Shown: positions 18,537-29,000 of the stretch, one piece after another
Numbering within the stretch: position 1 is the first letter of the stretch
Layout: every line of letters starts with the position of its first letter
Assembly: GCA_900539595.1 (NCBI GenBank)
Contig: UQCQ01000001.1
Span: forward strand, 172,291 to 236,290
DNA length: 64,000 bases
Origin: an uncultured Mollicutes bacterium
Lineage (GTDB): Bacteria > Bacillota_I > Bacilli_A > RFN20 > CAG-826
Direction: 5' to 3'
Position numbers and translations under genes: made by a program
The notes under the pieces: generated by a model
What the model saw: only the letters and a program-made list of their open reading frames with translations
Told to the model about the DNA's origin: nothing
Database searches by the model: none

Positions 18537-19939
18537 CTTTTTTCCTCCTTCCTGCAGATCTCGAATTCCTTCTCTCGGAAGCCGTTCTGCGCGTAATAGT
18601 CATTCCTGAATGTCACCGTATAGCACATGTCGTCGTATTCAGAATAAAGTTCCAGCATCAGCATGAGGAACTGTTTCTCCTTCGTATCCTGATCGATATC
18701 CTTAGAGGAGACTTTGTTTCTATCTCCCAGCACCTCGGAGGCAAACTCGTTGACCTTTTCCTTAGAGAAGGCATCCTCATCGAATAAATGAGCTTCTTCT
18801 TTCTGGATTTCCTCATCAGAGACATTGGGTATCTCACTTGGAGAATAGGTGATTTTCTCTTTATCGAAGCTTCTGGAGTATGTGGACCGGTCATCGATCT
18901 GGATCGTCGAATAAATCCCCACCACATCCTCGAAACTCTCTTTCGGATCTGCTTTGGCAAGAGCCTTCAAGGCAGAATTCAGAAGCCCATTGACATCCCT
19001 TCTAGTATTGATGAGGAACTTCAGTCTTGCCAAGGCTGAATTATGGAATTTCATGTTCCGGCGATCGATGAGCGAGACGAAGTCGTTCACAGACTCGAAT
19101 TTGGCGATGCAGTCGTCCAGCCCGTCGGCGACGGATTTCTCTAGTTCTTTGTACTTCTCGCCGGTCAGGCCACTGGTGTGGGTGGCAAAGCTATCGACGA
19201 TGCGCTCGAAATCCTCTCTGTTGTAACGAAATGCTCTTAGCTTCACCAGGATCTCCGACGTATACTTTGAAGGATTGTCTTTCCCCTTCAGGCTGTTGAA
19301 GGCAGTCAGGACGACCTGGTCTTGGTATTTGTATAGCAAGGTATCCAAGACTTCCTCTGGGGTGATATCCGGCCGGTTGATCATCTCCTCAATGAAACGC
19401 CGGATGGTCGAACTCAGCCCTTGAAGGCTGTTGAACAGATCGACAGTGTTCTTTTCTATTTGCTCAAGGCGGGCTTTCGCCTCATTGAACTCAAACGTCT
19501 GAAGAAGAGAATAGACCGTGTAGAAATAACCGGTGTACTCCAAGGGACGATCCTGCTGCGAAACGATTTCATGGAAAACCTGAAGTAGTTTCAAGGCGTT
19601 GTCGTTCAAGGAGTAGGCGACCGTGAACTGATGAGTCTCGTCCGGGTCCTCTTCGAGCCAGCCGGCCTTCTTGAACTGCTTGATTTTGAGAACAGCTTTG
19701 TCTTTAGCGCTTTTGGTTGCGATGTCTTCCCCTTCCTCGTCTTCTAAGCTGCCGAAATCCCGTGACTGGATATAGGCCGTTAAGTCATCAATCAAGTCAT
19801 CCCTAGAAATGGTCTGCCGTCTCTCGCCTTTGGTGAAAAGGTCGTAAATCACCGAAAGAAGGTCGTAATTGGCATTGCGATCTTCTCGGGAGAATACGGT
19901 GAAGATTCTTGGGTTCAGGATTTCAAACAGCTGATTCAT
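18533..19939 (-). CDS. jetA: Wadjet JetA (MksF-like, DUF3375-type)
   Basis: 468-aa first gene of the operon, with a 4-bp overlap onto jetB. Assigned by operon position and size; no catalytic motif is expected. Confidence 0.55.
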   Translation of the reverse strand: MNQLFEILNPRIFTVFSREDRNANYDLLSVIYDLFTKGERRQTISRDDLIDDLTAYIQSRDFGSLEDEEGEDIATKSAKDKAVLKIKQFKKAGWLEEDPDETHQFTVAYSLNDNALKLLQVFHEIVSQQDRPLEYTGYFYTVYSLLQTFEFNEAKARLEQIEKNTVDLFNSLQGLSSTIRRFIEEMINRPDITPEEVLDTLLYKYQDQVVLTAFNSLKGKDNPSKYTSEILVKLRAFRYNREDFERIVDSFATHTSGLTGEKYKELEKSVADGLDDCIAKFESVNDFVSLIDRRNMKFHNSALARLKFLINTRRDVNGLLNSALKALAKADPKESFEDVVGIYSTIQIDDRSTYSRSFDKEKITYSPSEIPNVSDEEIQKEEAHLFDEDAFSKEKVNEFASEVLGDRNKVSSKDIDQDTKEKQFLMLMLELYSEYDDMCYTVTFRNDYYAQNGFREKEFEICRKEEKR

Positions 19940-19978
19940 AGTGATGTGTACCCATCTAATTAGACTACGTTGAAAACA

Positions 19979-20233
19979 TCATATCACAAGCTCAGACGCT
20001 AGATGTCTCCTGAACAGTTCAGAAGACACCTTTAGTCTGAGTTTGATGCGCTTCGTGTTATACCATTGAACATCCTCGTCTTCTCCTCGCATAAGCCTTT
20101 TTGGCTCATGCTTCGGATGTCCTTCTCTCCGCCGCCATTTGGTCCGCAAGGACTTGGTGGCACTCATGCGGACAGACATGGGAGTTTTTGACCTCGAGAT
20201 GTCCGCAGTTTCTCTTGTCCGCGCCACCATCAA
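19979..20233 (-). mobile_element. IS3-family (IS150-group) transposase C-terminal fragment; a scar with no intact transposase
   Basis: The ORF ends ...VQWYNTKRIKLRLKVSSELFRRHLASEL, resembling the conserved IS3 OrfB tail ..YYNNKRIKAKLKGLSPVQYRTQAL. The surrounding 19.94-20.55 kb is GC-richer and contains only broken ORFs. Confidence 0.45.
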
Positions 20234-20615
20234 TTTCCCCTGGTTCTATCAGGGGTTTTCGGTTACCCGAATTCCTCACGCGTTAGATCCTAAGTCCTAC
20301 ATAGTCCTTTCTTTCCTTTGGAAGAGCAAAGCGTATCCGATAGGAATAGGACGGAAAATAGCGTATTTGTTTCCAGCCCAAGGTACGAAAAAGAATGCCA
20401 ATCAATAGCGTATATTGGCTTTTGTGGACGAGCTGCAGACGGAAGCGGACGGCCATGGCAAGCGTATTTTTGAGACCTGCCAGATGATGGCGTTTCATCA
20501 GTCGGAACCGCCTTCGTTCCTGTAAGCATTATAACAAAACAAAATGCGAATACAATAGGGAAAACAAAGATTTCATCGAACTTTTTTCGATGCCAGGATA
20601 GGATTCTATCGTGTT

Positions 20616-20933
20616 CTATTTAAGGCGTGCGGACGCATCGGAATTATTGTTTTCACTTGCGGAACTTTGTTCGTTCGCGTTGTTTATGGCTGTGCAAATT
20701 TTCTCTATTAGTCCCTTGAATCTATCAAAAATGATTTTGTCATTTTCCGTTAAATGTTCTTTGCCGATTACATTGATTTCAACTTGCTCATTGATTGGTA
20801 CTGATTTAAAGATAAAATCATATAAATCTTTACCAGTAACCGAGTGATCCTTTGAAATGGAAAACAATTTGCTTTCTTCTTCCATGACTACTAATTCTTC
20901 ATCAATACGTTTAATCTGTAATTGTTTTTTCAT
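20616..20933 (-). CDS. Hypothetical 105-aa protein translationally coupled to the upstream PHP-ATPase gene
   Basis: Its start overlaps the stop of the 815-aa gene by 23 bp. It has the same very low GC content and no recognisable motifs. Confidence 0.5.
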   Translation of the reverse strand: MKKQLQIKRIDEELVVMEEESKLFSISKDHSVTGKDLYDFIFKSVPINEQVEINVIGKEHLTENDKIIFDRFKGLIEKICTAINNANEQSSASENNNSDASARLK

Positions 20934-23358
20934 ATCTTTTCCATCTCTTTCTTAATGAATCTACACCGCCATCTAGATTTTCACTTACTATTTTTAAAAT
21001 ATCTAGATTTTTATCCTGATATTCTAGCGCACCACTTTCTATTTGAAGAACGCCATCTTTTGTATCGTGAAAATAAATCACATTATCAGCATCGAGGTTA
21101 ACAACAAATTGGGGATTATGAGTGACTAAAATGATTTGTTTGTTTTTTGACATTTCTTTGAGGTCTTTTACAACGCTTGCTTTGATACTTGGCTGGGAAA
21201 TGTCATCCTCCGGTTGATCAATAATGTAAATGGTATTTTCTTTGCTATGTGCCAAGATATCTATATATTTAGCCGAATTAAAGCCGGCCGAATAAGTTGC
21301 TGTTACATCCTCTCCTTTTTTGATTATGACTTGTTTTGACTTGAGGGCATTTTCTATTTCGGTATCAATTTTAGCCTTCAATATATCAACTGGATCTTCG
21401 GAGGTGGTTTCATCTTTATCTTTTATGGATGATAAAAATTGATCTTTTGTTAAGCTTTTAAGGTCAAAAATTTTATTTAAGTCTGCTCCTTGTTTCATTA
21501 CATTAGCTAATAACTCTTCGCAAAACGAACTATCATAGAAAGCTTTATTGGAAGCAAAGCGACTTACAAGTTTGACATCGCTTAATTCTGTGTATTTATA
21601 GTCTGGTGTGTATTTTTCAAAAGAAAATCTGAAGACTGTAATTTTTGATTTTTTTCTTAGAATGGTCGAGATTTTGTCGGCAAAATGTTCAGAGGTTGTT
21701 TCGAAGGTTGTCCATTTCGCATCTTTGCTATTTTGAATAGCGCTTTGCTCGGAAATTAAAGAATCAATCGAATCATTAATACAATTTCTAATTTTGTTAT
21801 TCCATTCGATAAGATTCGTTTTACTTGAATATTTCTTTATAAGAGACTCGATATTATTACGCGTTTCAGTCAAAAGTTTTTTATCGACAGGGTCTGTGAT
21901 GAATTTAAGTGCTTCATCGATAGGGGTTAATGTTTTTTTGAGATTGGAGACAATTGATTCAAATGTGGAGCTTTCCTCAAAAGAAAAATCGGGTATTTTC
22001 TTTGGCTGTAAAGAAACTCCAGGAGAAGGTTCTATATTCAAATCGATTGTTTCATTGAAAAAATTAAGAATTTCTTGGTCTAAAGAAAATTTATCTGATA
22101 AAGCCCCATAAAATTTTTGAAAACTATTTTCGAGCTTCTCCTTCAAAACGGAAGAATCTGTTTCGGCTGGTTGGAATTTTTTGATGAGGGGATTGGAAAA
22201 GAATGTACCAGTTTCAAATGAATTTCGAATTTCACCTTGGAAGTCGAATTGAAAATTTAGGTTATTTTTAATTCTATCTATTTTTATGTCTTTGCTTTTT
22301 AGGTAATTGGCATATTCTTTCTTTTTCTTAGGTGTTGCTTTTCCGTCATTTGTCTTTCTATAGTTGGTTAACTCATGAAGAAACATCGATTTTCCTTTTG
22401 AGTTGTCACCTATTATCGCATTTATGCCTCGAGACAAAGGTATGCTGAATTTGTTTCCTTTAATACTATAGTCGAGCGATTCGAGAAAATTGTTCGAATT
22501 ATAAAAGAAAGTATTATTGCGAAGTATCCGAGTGTCATCCGTCAAAGCCATGGCCAGCCCTCTAAATGTTGGCAAGCATTTGAGGAAGGTCGGAGACATT
22601 TCTCCTTCCCTAGCGTTGCATTTGTCATGATGTGGGTAGGCCTCCCATTGATGACAATCAGAGCCGGTGATAAAACGAACCTTTTCGTAGGTTTCATTTG
22701 CTCGTTTCTTAAAGAGGTAGTGAAAGACATGGGTGTTTTCGGTCTTGAATTCATAAGCTTCGAAGTACCCAAAATTTAAAAGCTCATTAAATTTATCCGT
22801 TCCTAAAGCTTTTGCATCAGGTGAGGATTGCTTCTCACTCCCTGGCGAGTTTTTTTGGTGCGCAATTAAGCAAACGTTCATTCCGCTTTTTTGAAGTATG
22901 TCTCGGAAGGTTTTTTCAGCAAACATTTGCAAATTATGGGAATTCTTGGATCCAACAGCATCATAATTTTGGGATTTCAACAACCTTTCCAAGTCTTTTA
23001 CTTTTTCATCGTTTGAATCGTCAAATATTGCTATTACATGAACTTGTTTTGTTGTCACAATGCCTTCATCTTTTGTCTCTATTCCGACAGAGAACTCAAC
23101 GCCGGGAAGGATTTTCTTGAATTCTTTTCCTTCGTGTTCTTTCAAAGCATGGTAAAGGGAATAATCAAAGCAATCATGGTCAGTTATAGCAAACATATCT
23201 ATCGAATTATCTTTGAGCTTTGACAATAAGACTGGGATATTTTTAATCGTTCCGTCCTTTACAAGACTTCCGTCTTTTTTTGATGAAGCTGCTGAATGAA
23301 TATGAAAATCGACTTTTTGGCCTTGCAGAACTATCTTATCCATGATGGCGTCCCCCAT
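20911..23358 (-). CDS. PHP phosphoesterase domain fused to an ABC/SMC-type ATPase; Ppl-like defence protein candidate
   Basis: N-terminal PHP motifs (VDFHIHSAASS..., ITDHDC, further His/Asp ligands). Walker A NAIIGDNSKGKSMFL. C-terminal Walker B IYIIDQPEDDIS and H-loop LVTHNPQFV. 815 aa. Confidence 0.6.
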   Translation of the reverse strand: MGDAIMDKIVLQGQKVDFHIHSAASSKKDGSLVKDGTIKNIPVLLSKLKDNSIDMFAITDHDCFDYSLYHALKEHEGKEFKKILPGVEFSVGIETKDEGIVTTKQVHVIAIFDDSNDEKVKDLERLLKSQNYDAVGSKNSHNLQMFAEKTFRDILQKSGMNVCLIAHQKNSPGSEKQSSPDAKALGTDKFNELLNFGYFEAYEFKTENTHVFHYLFKKRANETYEKVRFITGSDCHQWEAYPHHDKCNAREGEMSPTFLKCLPTFRGLAMALTDDTRILRNNTFFYNSNNFLESLDYSIKGNKFSIPLSRGINAIIGDNSKGKSMFLHELTNYRKTNDGKATPKKKKEYANYLKSKDIKIDRIKNNLNFQFDFQGEIRNSFETGTFFSNPLIKKFQPAETDSSVLKEKLENSFQKFYGALSDKFSLDQEILNFFNETIDLNIEPSPGVSLQPKKIPDFSFEESSTFESIVSNLKKTLTPIDEALKFITDPVDKKLLTETRNNIESLIKKYSSKTNLIEWNNKIRNCINDSIDSLISEQSAIQNSKDAKWTTFETTSEHFADKISTILRKKSKITVFRFSFEKYTPDYKYTELSDVKLVSRFASNKAFYDSSFCEELLANVMKQGADLNKIFDLKSLTKDQFLSSIKDKDETTSEDPVDILKAKIDTEIENALKSKQVIIKKGEDVTATYSAGFNSAKYIDILAHSKENTIYIIDQPEDDISQPSIKASVVKDLKEMSKNKQIILVTHNPQFVVNLDADNVIYFHDTKDGVLQIESGALEYQDKNLDILKIVSENLDGGVDSLRKRWKRYEKTITD

Positions 23359-23519
23359 TGAATGATTTAAAAAAGTCTTTTGGTTATGTTTACTATAAGT
23401 AGATTATATTATGAATCGCATTTTATATGAAAAATCAAACGTCAGGAAGGGCGTCAGGTACTTGCTTGCCATTTGGAACAAATCGATTGTTTACGAAGTT
23501 TGAAATGGATAAAGCAAGA

Positions 23520-25286
23520 TTAACCTTTAAGTTTAAACTTTTCTTTGAGGTATTTGTTTAAGTTTTTATCGCAGCAGTAAATATACGTTCCCTTCATTCC
23601 TCTAGTCAGAAGAACGAGATAGGAATTGATGATGTCCTCAATCGTTTTGTTGACATCCGTCCCTACTTTTCCATGCTTATCATAATAGGAACTTGGAACG
23701 AATTCGATGATGCCTTTTTCTTTGTTGAAACGGATATCGTTTGAAAAGATGACGCCTGCATAATTCAGATCATATCCCTGGCAGGTGAAAACCGAGCCGA
23801 TAAGCGATACGGATTTCTTATCGGTTGCGAAGTTTTCGTTGATTCCATTCCAACTGTATTTCTTTCCGTCAATCATAAAATCATAGTCCTGGGTGGAATG
23901 GATTCCTTTCTTATCTCGCATGGATTTTGTGAATGGGAAACCATAGCCAGAGACGACTCGGCATAATCCGTCGTATTCCTTGTCTTTTTCCTTTATCGCA
24001 TCCATCATTTCGGCACAGTCGTCGAATATCTTGAAATCGTATCCTGTAGAACGAAAGTCGGGTGCGTTTTCCTTTGTTTCGTTTCGCAGCAACTTCGACC
24101 AATAGGAGATGTAGTCTTCTCCGGCAATGAGCCGGATCTGATGGTTAATCGGATACCAGTTGTTCTTTTTCTCATCCTTCATGGCAAGGAAATCCTTCTC
24201 TGGAACATCGGCACCGGAGGTGGACTGCTTTCGGTCATAGAAAAAGATTGCGACATGTTTCGCCTGCTTCTTGATCCAGTCGAGCTGAGTGGTGTTTACA
24301 TAGTCAGTGAAACCAAGACGATTATCGGCTTGCTTGAACGAGAGATGGCTTGTGGATTTTCCGTATGTGGCGAGGTGGTGAGCTTCGTCTACTAAGACGA
24401 TGTCGTAGCCTTCTTTTCTCTTCGTCAGGTCGACAGGGCTGACGACATCCACGTTTTTCAAGGATGGTATATTCTTGAACACGGACTTCACCGTGTTTCT
24501 GAACTCCGTCATCGGAGCAACGAAGGCGATGCTCGGCTTTGGAAGATTTGCTAGCTCCCGGTTCATCTGCATGTAGCTGATTGTGCTCTCAAGATCCTCG
24601 TAGCTATCGATGTCGGTATAGTCGATTTTCTGGGTGCAGACGTCTGCGATGTATTTGATGAGGGAGACGGCGAGAATCGATTTCCCGGTCCCCGCTCCTC
24701 CTTCTACGACGATGTTTCTCTTCTGCCCAGTTTTCAATGCGTCGGTTATATCAGCAAGGAGTTTTGCTTCAAGGTCATATTGCTCATCTGTAAGCTGTTT
24801 GAATGGTGAGTATTTGAAAATCTTGGAGTTCTCTACTTGTAGGATGGTTTTGTCTGCTAAGCCCTTGTCTCTCAATTGTTTCCAGATTCTCTTGAACAGC
24901 TCTTTGTATAAGGCACGCTGATAGTAGTTGTGGAACTTGGACTGCCCATTGTTCAGGTTTTGGAGCTCATACTTTCCATCTGCGTGCATGTGCTCGATGA
25001 GCATGTTCTCGATATCCAGAATGGCGGATTTGTTGAACATGTCGTTGAAGAGGACGTATTCGTTTATCATTGGCTTTCTTACGGAATTTTCCAGATGCTG
25101 AAGCATACGATTATATGCGCTTGAGGTTTCACCAACGTAGGCAACAGGCTTCTGCCCGTCTTTTCCATCTAAAATATAGACGACAGGCCAGTCGACTCCT
25201 TTGTTTGTGCTCAAAAGAGCCTTTGCGCCGTCTTCGTTGAAGCTGTATGTTCCGATGGTTGTCGTAGGAAGTGCTGTGTGTTCCAT
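23520..25286 (-). CDS. GIY-YIG nuclease domain fused to a DUF2075-type P-loop NTPase (Schlafen-like helicase-related ATPase)
   Basis: N-terminus VVYILDG....AYVGETSSAYNRMLQHLEN (GIY-YIG). Walker A VVEGGAGTGKSILAVSL and Walker B/DEAH IVLVDEAHHL. Confidence 0.65.
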   Translation of the reverse strand: MEHTALPTTTIGTYSFNEDGAKALLSTNKGVDWPVVYILDGKDGQKPVAYVGETSSAYNRMLQHLENSVRKPMINEYVLFNDMFNKSAILDIENMLIEHMHADGKYELQNLNNGQSKFHNYYQRALYKELFKRIWKQLRDKGLADKTILQVENSKIFKYSPFKQLTDEQYDLEAKLLADITDALKTGQKRNIVVEGGAGTGKSILAVSLIKYIADVCTQKIDYTDIDSYEDLESTISYMQMNRELANLPKPSIAFVAPMTEFRNTVKSVFKNIPSLKNVDVVSPVDLTKRKEGYDIVLVDEAHHLATYGKSTSHLSFKQADNRLGFTDYVNTTQLDWIKKQAKHVAIFFYDRKQSTSGADVPEKDFLAMKDEKKNNWYPINHQIRLIAGEDYISYWSKLLRNETKENAPDFRSTGYDFKIFDDCAEMMDAIKEKDKEYDGLCRVVSGYGFPFTKSMRDKKGIHSTQDYDFMIDGKKYSWNGINENFATDKKSVSLIGSVFTCQGYDLNYAGVIFSNDIRFNKEKGIIEFVPSSYYDKHGKVGTDVNKTIEDIINSYLVLLTRGMKGTYIYCCDKNLNKYLKEKFKLKG

Positions 25287-25590
25287 GTTTTGCGTTTTTT
25301 CTTTGGAAAAGCTTTAGATCCCCAAAGGTCAATTGCGGTATTCGAATGTGATTTCAAAGACGCTTATATGATATCACAAATGTTTTCAGAACTTTTTGGA
25401 AAGGATAAACTCGTAGGAGAATTGTGAAAAACGATGAAAATGGATGAAAATAGCCTGTCAAGTCCTGAAATTCACTATTTTCGAAGCTATAATATAAGTA
25501 GATTAAAGGGCTTTGCCCCATTTGCTTACGATCATGGAGTACGTAAGGAAACAAGACTCCTTAACAAAAGAAAGAAGGAGGTTTTTCTTT

Positions 25591-25743
25591 ATGAACTATG
25601 AGTACACAGTCCTATCCGAGAACAATTATGGAGTGATGCAACAGGAACTCAACAGCTGCGGAAGATATGGGTGGAAACTTGTCAATGTCGTCTGGGACAA
25701 CGACAATGCCTGTTCGGTTGCTGTGATGATGTGGGGGAAATAA
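25591..25743 (+). CDS. DUF4177-like small protein (50 aa), divergent from the DUF2075 gene
   Basis: Consensus RBS AAGGAGGT 8 nt before the ATG at 25591. MNYEYTVLSE....GRYGWKLVNVV resembles DUF4177 (YEYKV....GWELV). Confidence 0.45.
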   Translation: MNYEYTVLSENNYGVMQQELNSCGRYGWKLVNVVWDNDNACSVAVMMWGK

Positions 25744-26014
25744 TCTTTTCCAGCTCTTTTATGTTTCATCTTGTGCACTAGGACTGTCTAGAAACCTAGC
25801 CTTTTTTCGTTTGGTTATAATGTTGCATATTCCTGCCGACAATGTTATATTGTTTATATGGAATTTTAGGATGATATTGGTTTGGCGAAGTTGCTTTTCC
25901 GTGCCATATGCACTCCTGGTTCCTGGGTCGAGCCGTTCAATCAGGGACTTATTGATGACGCTCCTTTAGCAAAGACATGCCTTCCATCGTTTGATGGGAG
26001 AATAGGGGGAGGAA

Positions 26015-29000
26015 ATGGCAGAGTACATAGACAACAAGACCAAGCTTCTTGGTGACGATTTGAAGAAGGAACTTAGCGAATCATCCCAAGTGGAAATCAT
26101 CGCCTCGGTCTTTACTATTTACGCTTTTGAATCCCTGAAAGAAGAACTCGAAAAAGTCTCGGAACTCCGTTTTATCTTTTCTTCGCCTGCCTTTGCCCAG
26201 AAGATGCTAAATGGTGTAGACAAGAAACCCAAGGAATTCATGATATCCGAGGCGTTCTCCAAGACGTCCCTTTATGGGACTTCTTTTGAGTTGAAGCTTA
26301 AGAATCAGCTTACCCAGAAGGCGGTTGCCAGAGAATGCGCAGACTGGATTCGAAAGAAAGTGCGCTTCAAGGCAAACGTGTCCGGTCAGGACGCCAACAG
26401 CTTCATCGCTGTGAACAAACCTTATGATCCTAGCTCTACCATTGCGTATAGCCCTATCGCCTCTGGCTTTTCTAGTGACTCCCTTGGCTATTCGAAGACA
26501 AAGCAGCTTTTCAGCATCACCGTGAAGATAGGGGCCAACGAAGGCGCGTTGTCCTTTTCTAAGAATTTCGAGGATTTCTGGAATGATTCTGAGAAAACAC
26601 AGGATGTCACCGATGCCGTTATCGATTATATCGGAACAGCCTATAAGGACAATTCGCCGGAATTCCTCTATTACGTCACTTTATACAATATCTTCAAGGA
26701 TTTCCTTGATGATATCCTTTCAGAAGACAATATGCCCAATGACGCCACAGGTTATAAGGATTCCCTTATTTGGAAGAAGCTTTACTCCTTCCAAAAAGAC
26801 GGGGCCATTGGCGTCATCAACAAGCTTGAAAAATACAACGGATGCATCCTTGCCGATTCTGTCGGTTTAGGTAAGACATTCACCGCGTTGGCGGTCATGA
26901 AATACTACTCTTCCCGGAACAAGAACATCCTCGTCCTTGCCCCAAAGAGACTCTCCAACAATTGGAACCAATACAAAGACAATCTGAAGACGAACCTTTT
27001 CTGGAATGATCATATCCGCTATGACGTTCTCTACCATACAGATTTGGGAAGATCCAAGGGTTATTCCAATGGCCATGATTTATCTATATTCAACTGGGAG
27101 AACTATGATCTTCTTATTATCGATGAATCCCACAACTTCAGGAATGCCCAACATTTCCGCGGAAGAGAGACGAGATATGAATTCCTGATGAATCATGTCA
27201 TCAAGCCAGGCGTGAAGACCAAGGTTCTCATGCTTTCGGCAACTCCGGTAAACAACCGCTTTACAGATCTTAGAAACCAGTTGGCCCTTGCCTACGGAGA
27301 CAATCAGGAAGAGTTCAACGAAAAACTGGATACCAAGAAAAACGTGGACGTCATCCTCAGAAACGCCCAGCAGACTTATAACGAATGGTGCAAGCTTCCG
27401 AAAGCGGAACGCCATACCAAAGATCTTATGAACAGTTTGGATATGGATTTCTCGGTGCTTCTGGACAACGTCACTATCGCAAGATCGAGAAAGCACATCA
27501 CGAAATACTATGATATGAGTGAAATCGGCCATTTTCCAAAGAGAAAGAAACCTATCTCACTTTATACGGATATTGCCAAGGACGAAGACAGAATCGCCTA
27601 TGATGATTTGTTCAAGACGCTGAAACAATTAAGACAGGCAGTCTACGCCCCGATGAATTACATCCAGCCGAGCAAACTGGTAAAATACGAGAACATGTAC
27701 GACACTACCGGAGTTGCCGGCAATCGCCCTGATCTCAAGCAGATCAACCGTGAGCTCGCCCTTCAGAACCTGATGACCGTGTCCCTCCTCAAACGACTTG
27801 AATCCTCCGTGGATGCGTTCCGAATCACCTTAAGCCATGTGAAGAATGTCAACAAGAACACTCTTTCGGCTATCGAAAATTTTGAGAGACTCCATATTTC
27901 AAGTCTCAAAGGCGAATTCGCCAACATCAATCCTGACGATTTCGACGAAGAGGATATGGATAACGACGAGAAGTGGGGGACCACAGGCAAGATCACCATC
28001 GACTTCGCCGATATGGACCTGCTTTCCTTCAAGAACGACATCACACGCGATATCGAAATCCTTTCCGGTTTATTGGAACTCATGGAATGGATCACTCCTT
28101 CCAAGGATTTGAAACTGAACAAGCTTGTCTCCATCATCGAGGACAAGATTTCGAATCCAATCAATCCTGGTAACCGGAAAGTGCTTATCTTTTCCGCATT
28201 CGCCGATACGGCAAACTACCTTTATGAAAACCTGTCAGTCCATTTCAAGGAAAAGTATGGAATGAATAGTGCGGTCGTTACCGGAAGCAAAACGAACAAG
28301 TCTACTATTGCTTCTCTTCATGACACCGAGGAAATCCTCACCTTGTTCTCTCCGCTTTCCAAGGAAAAAAGGGTCAAGATGCCGAATGATAATCGTAACA
28401 TCGATATTCTTATTGCTACGGACTGTCTTTCCGAAGGACAGAACCTGCAGGATTGTGATGAGTGCATCAATTACGATATCCATTGGAATCCAGTGAGAAT
28501 CGTCCAGAGATTCGGCCGTATCGACCGAATCGGCTCCAAGAACGACTATATCCAGCTCGTCAATTTCTGGCCGAATATGTCTTTGGATGAATACATCAAC
28601 CTGACCAACCGTGTCGAAAATCGTATGTCCATCGTCGATGCCACGGCAACCGGGGATGACAACATCATCTCCGAAGAGAATGTAGAGCTTGATTACCGCA
28701 AGGAGCAGCTCAAGAAACTCCAGAACGGCGAACTCCAGGATCTGGAGGATATCGACGGCTCCATTACGATTACGGATCTTGGATTGAATGACTTTAGAAT
28801 GGACCTCGCTAACTATATCCGTGAGAAAGGTTATCCTGATGGTGTTCCCTATGGCTTATATGCCGTCACAAAGGAAGACAAGGAAAAAGGAATCGTTCCT
28901 GGTGTGATCTTTGCCTTGAAGAATACCAATGACAAGGTATCCATCCACACGAAGAACAGACTCCATCCTTATTATCTTGTTTATCTCGATATGGATGGAA

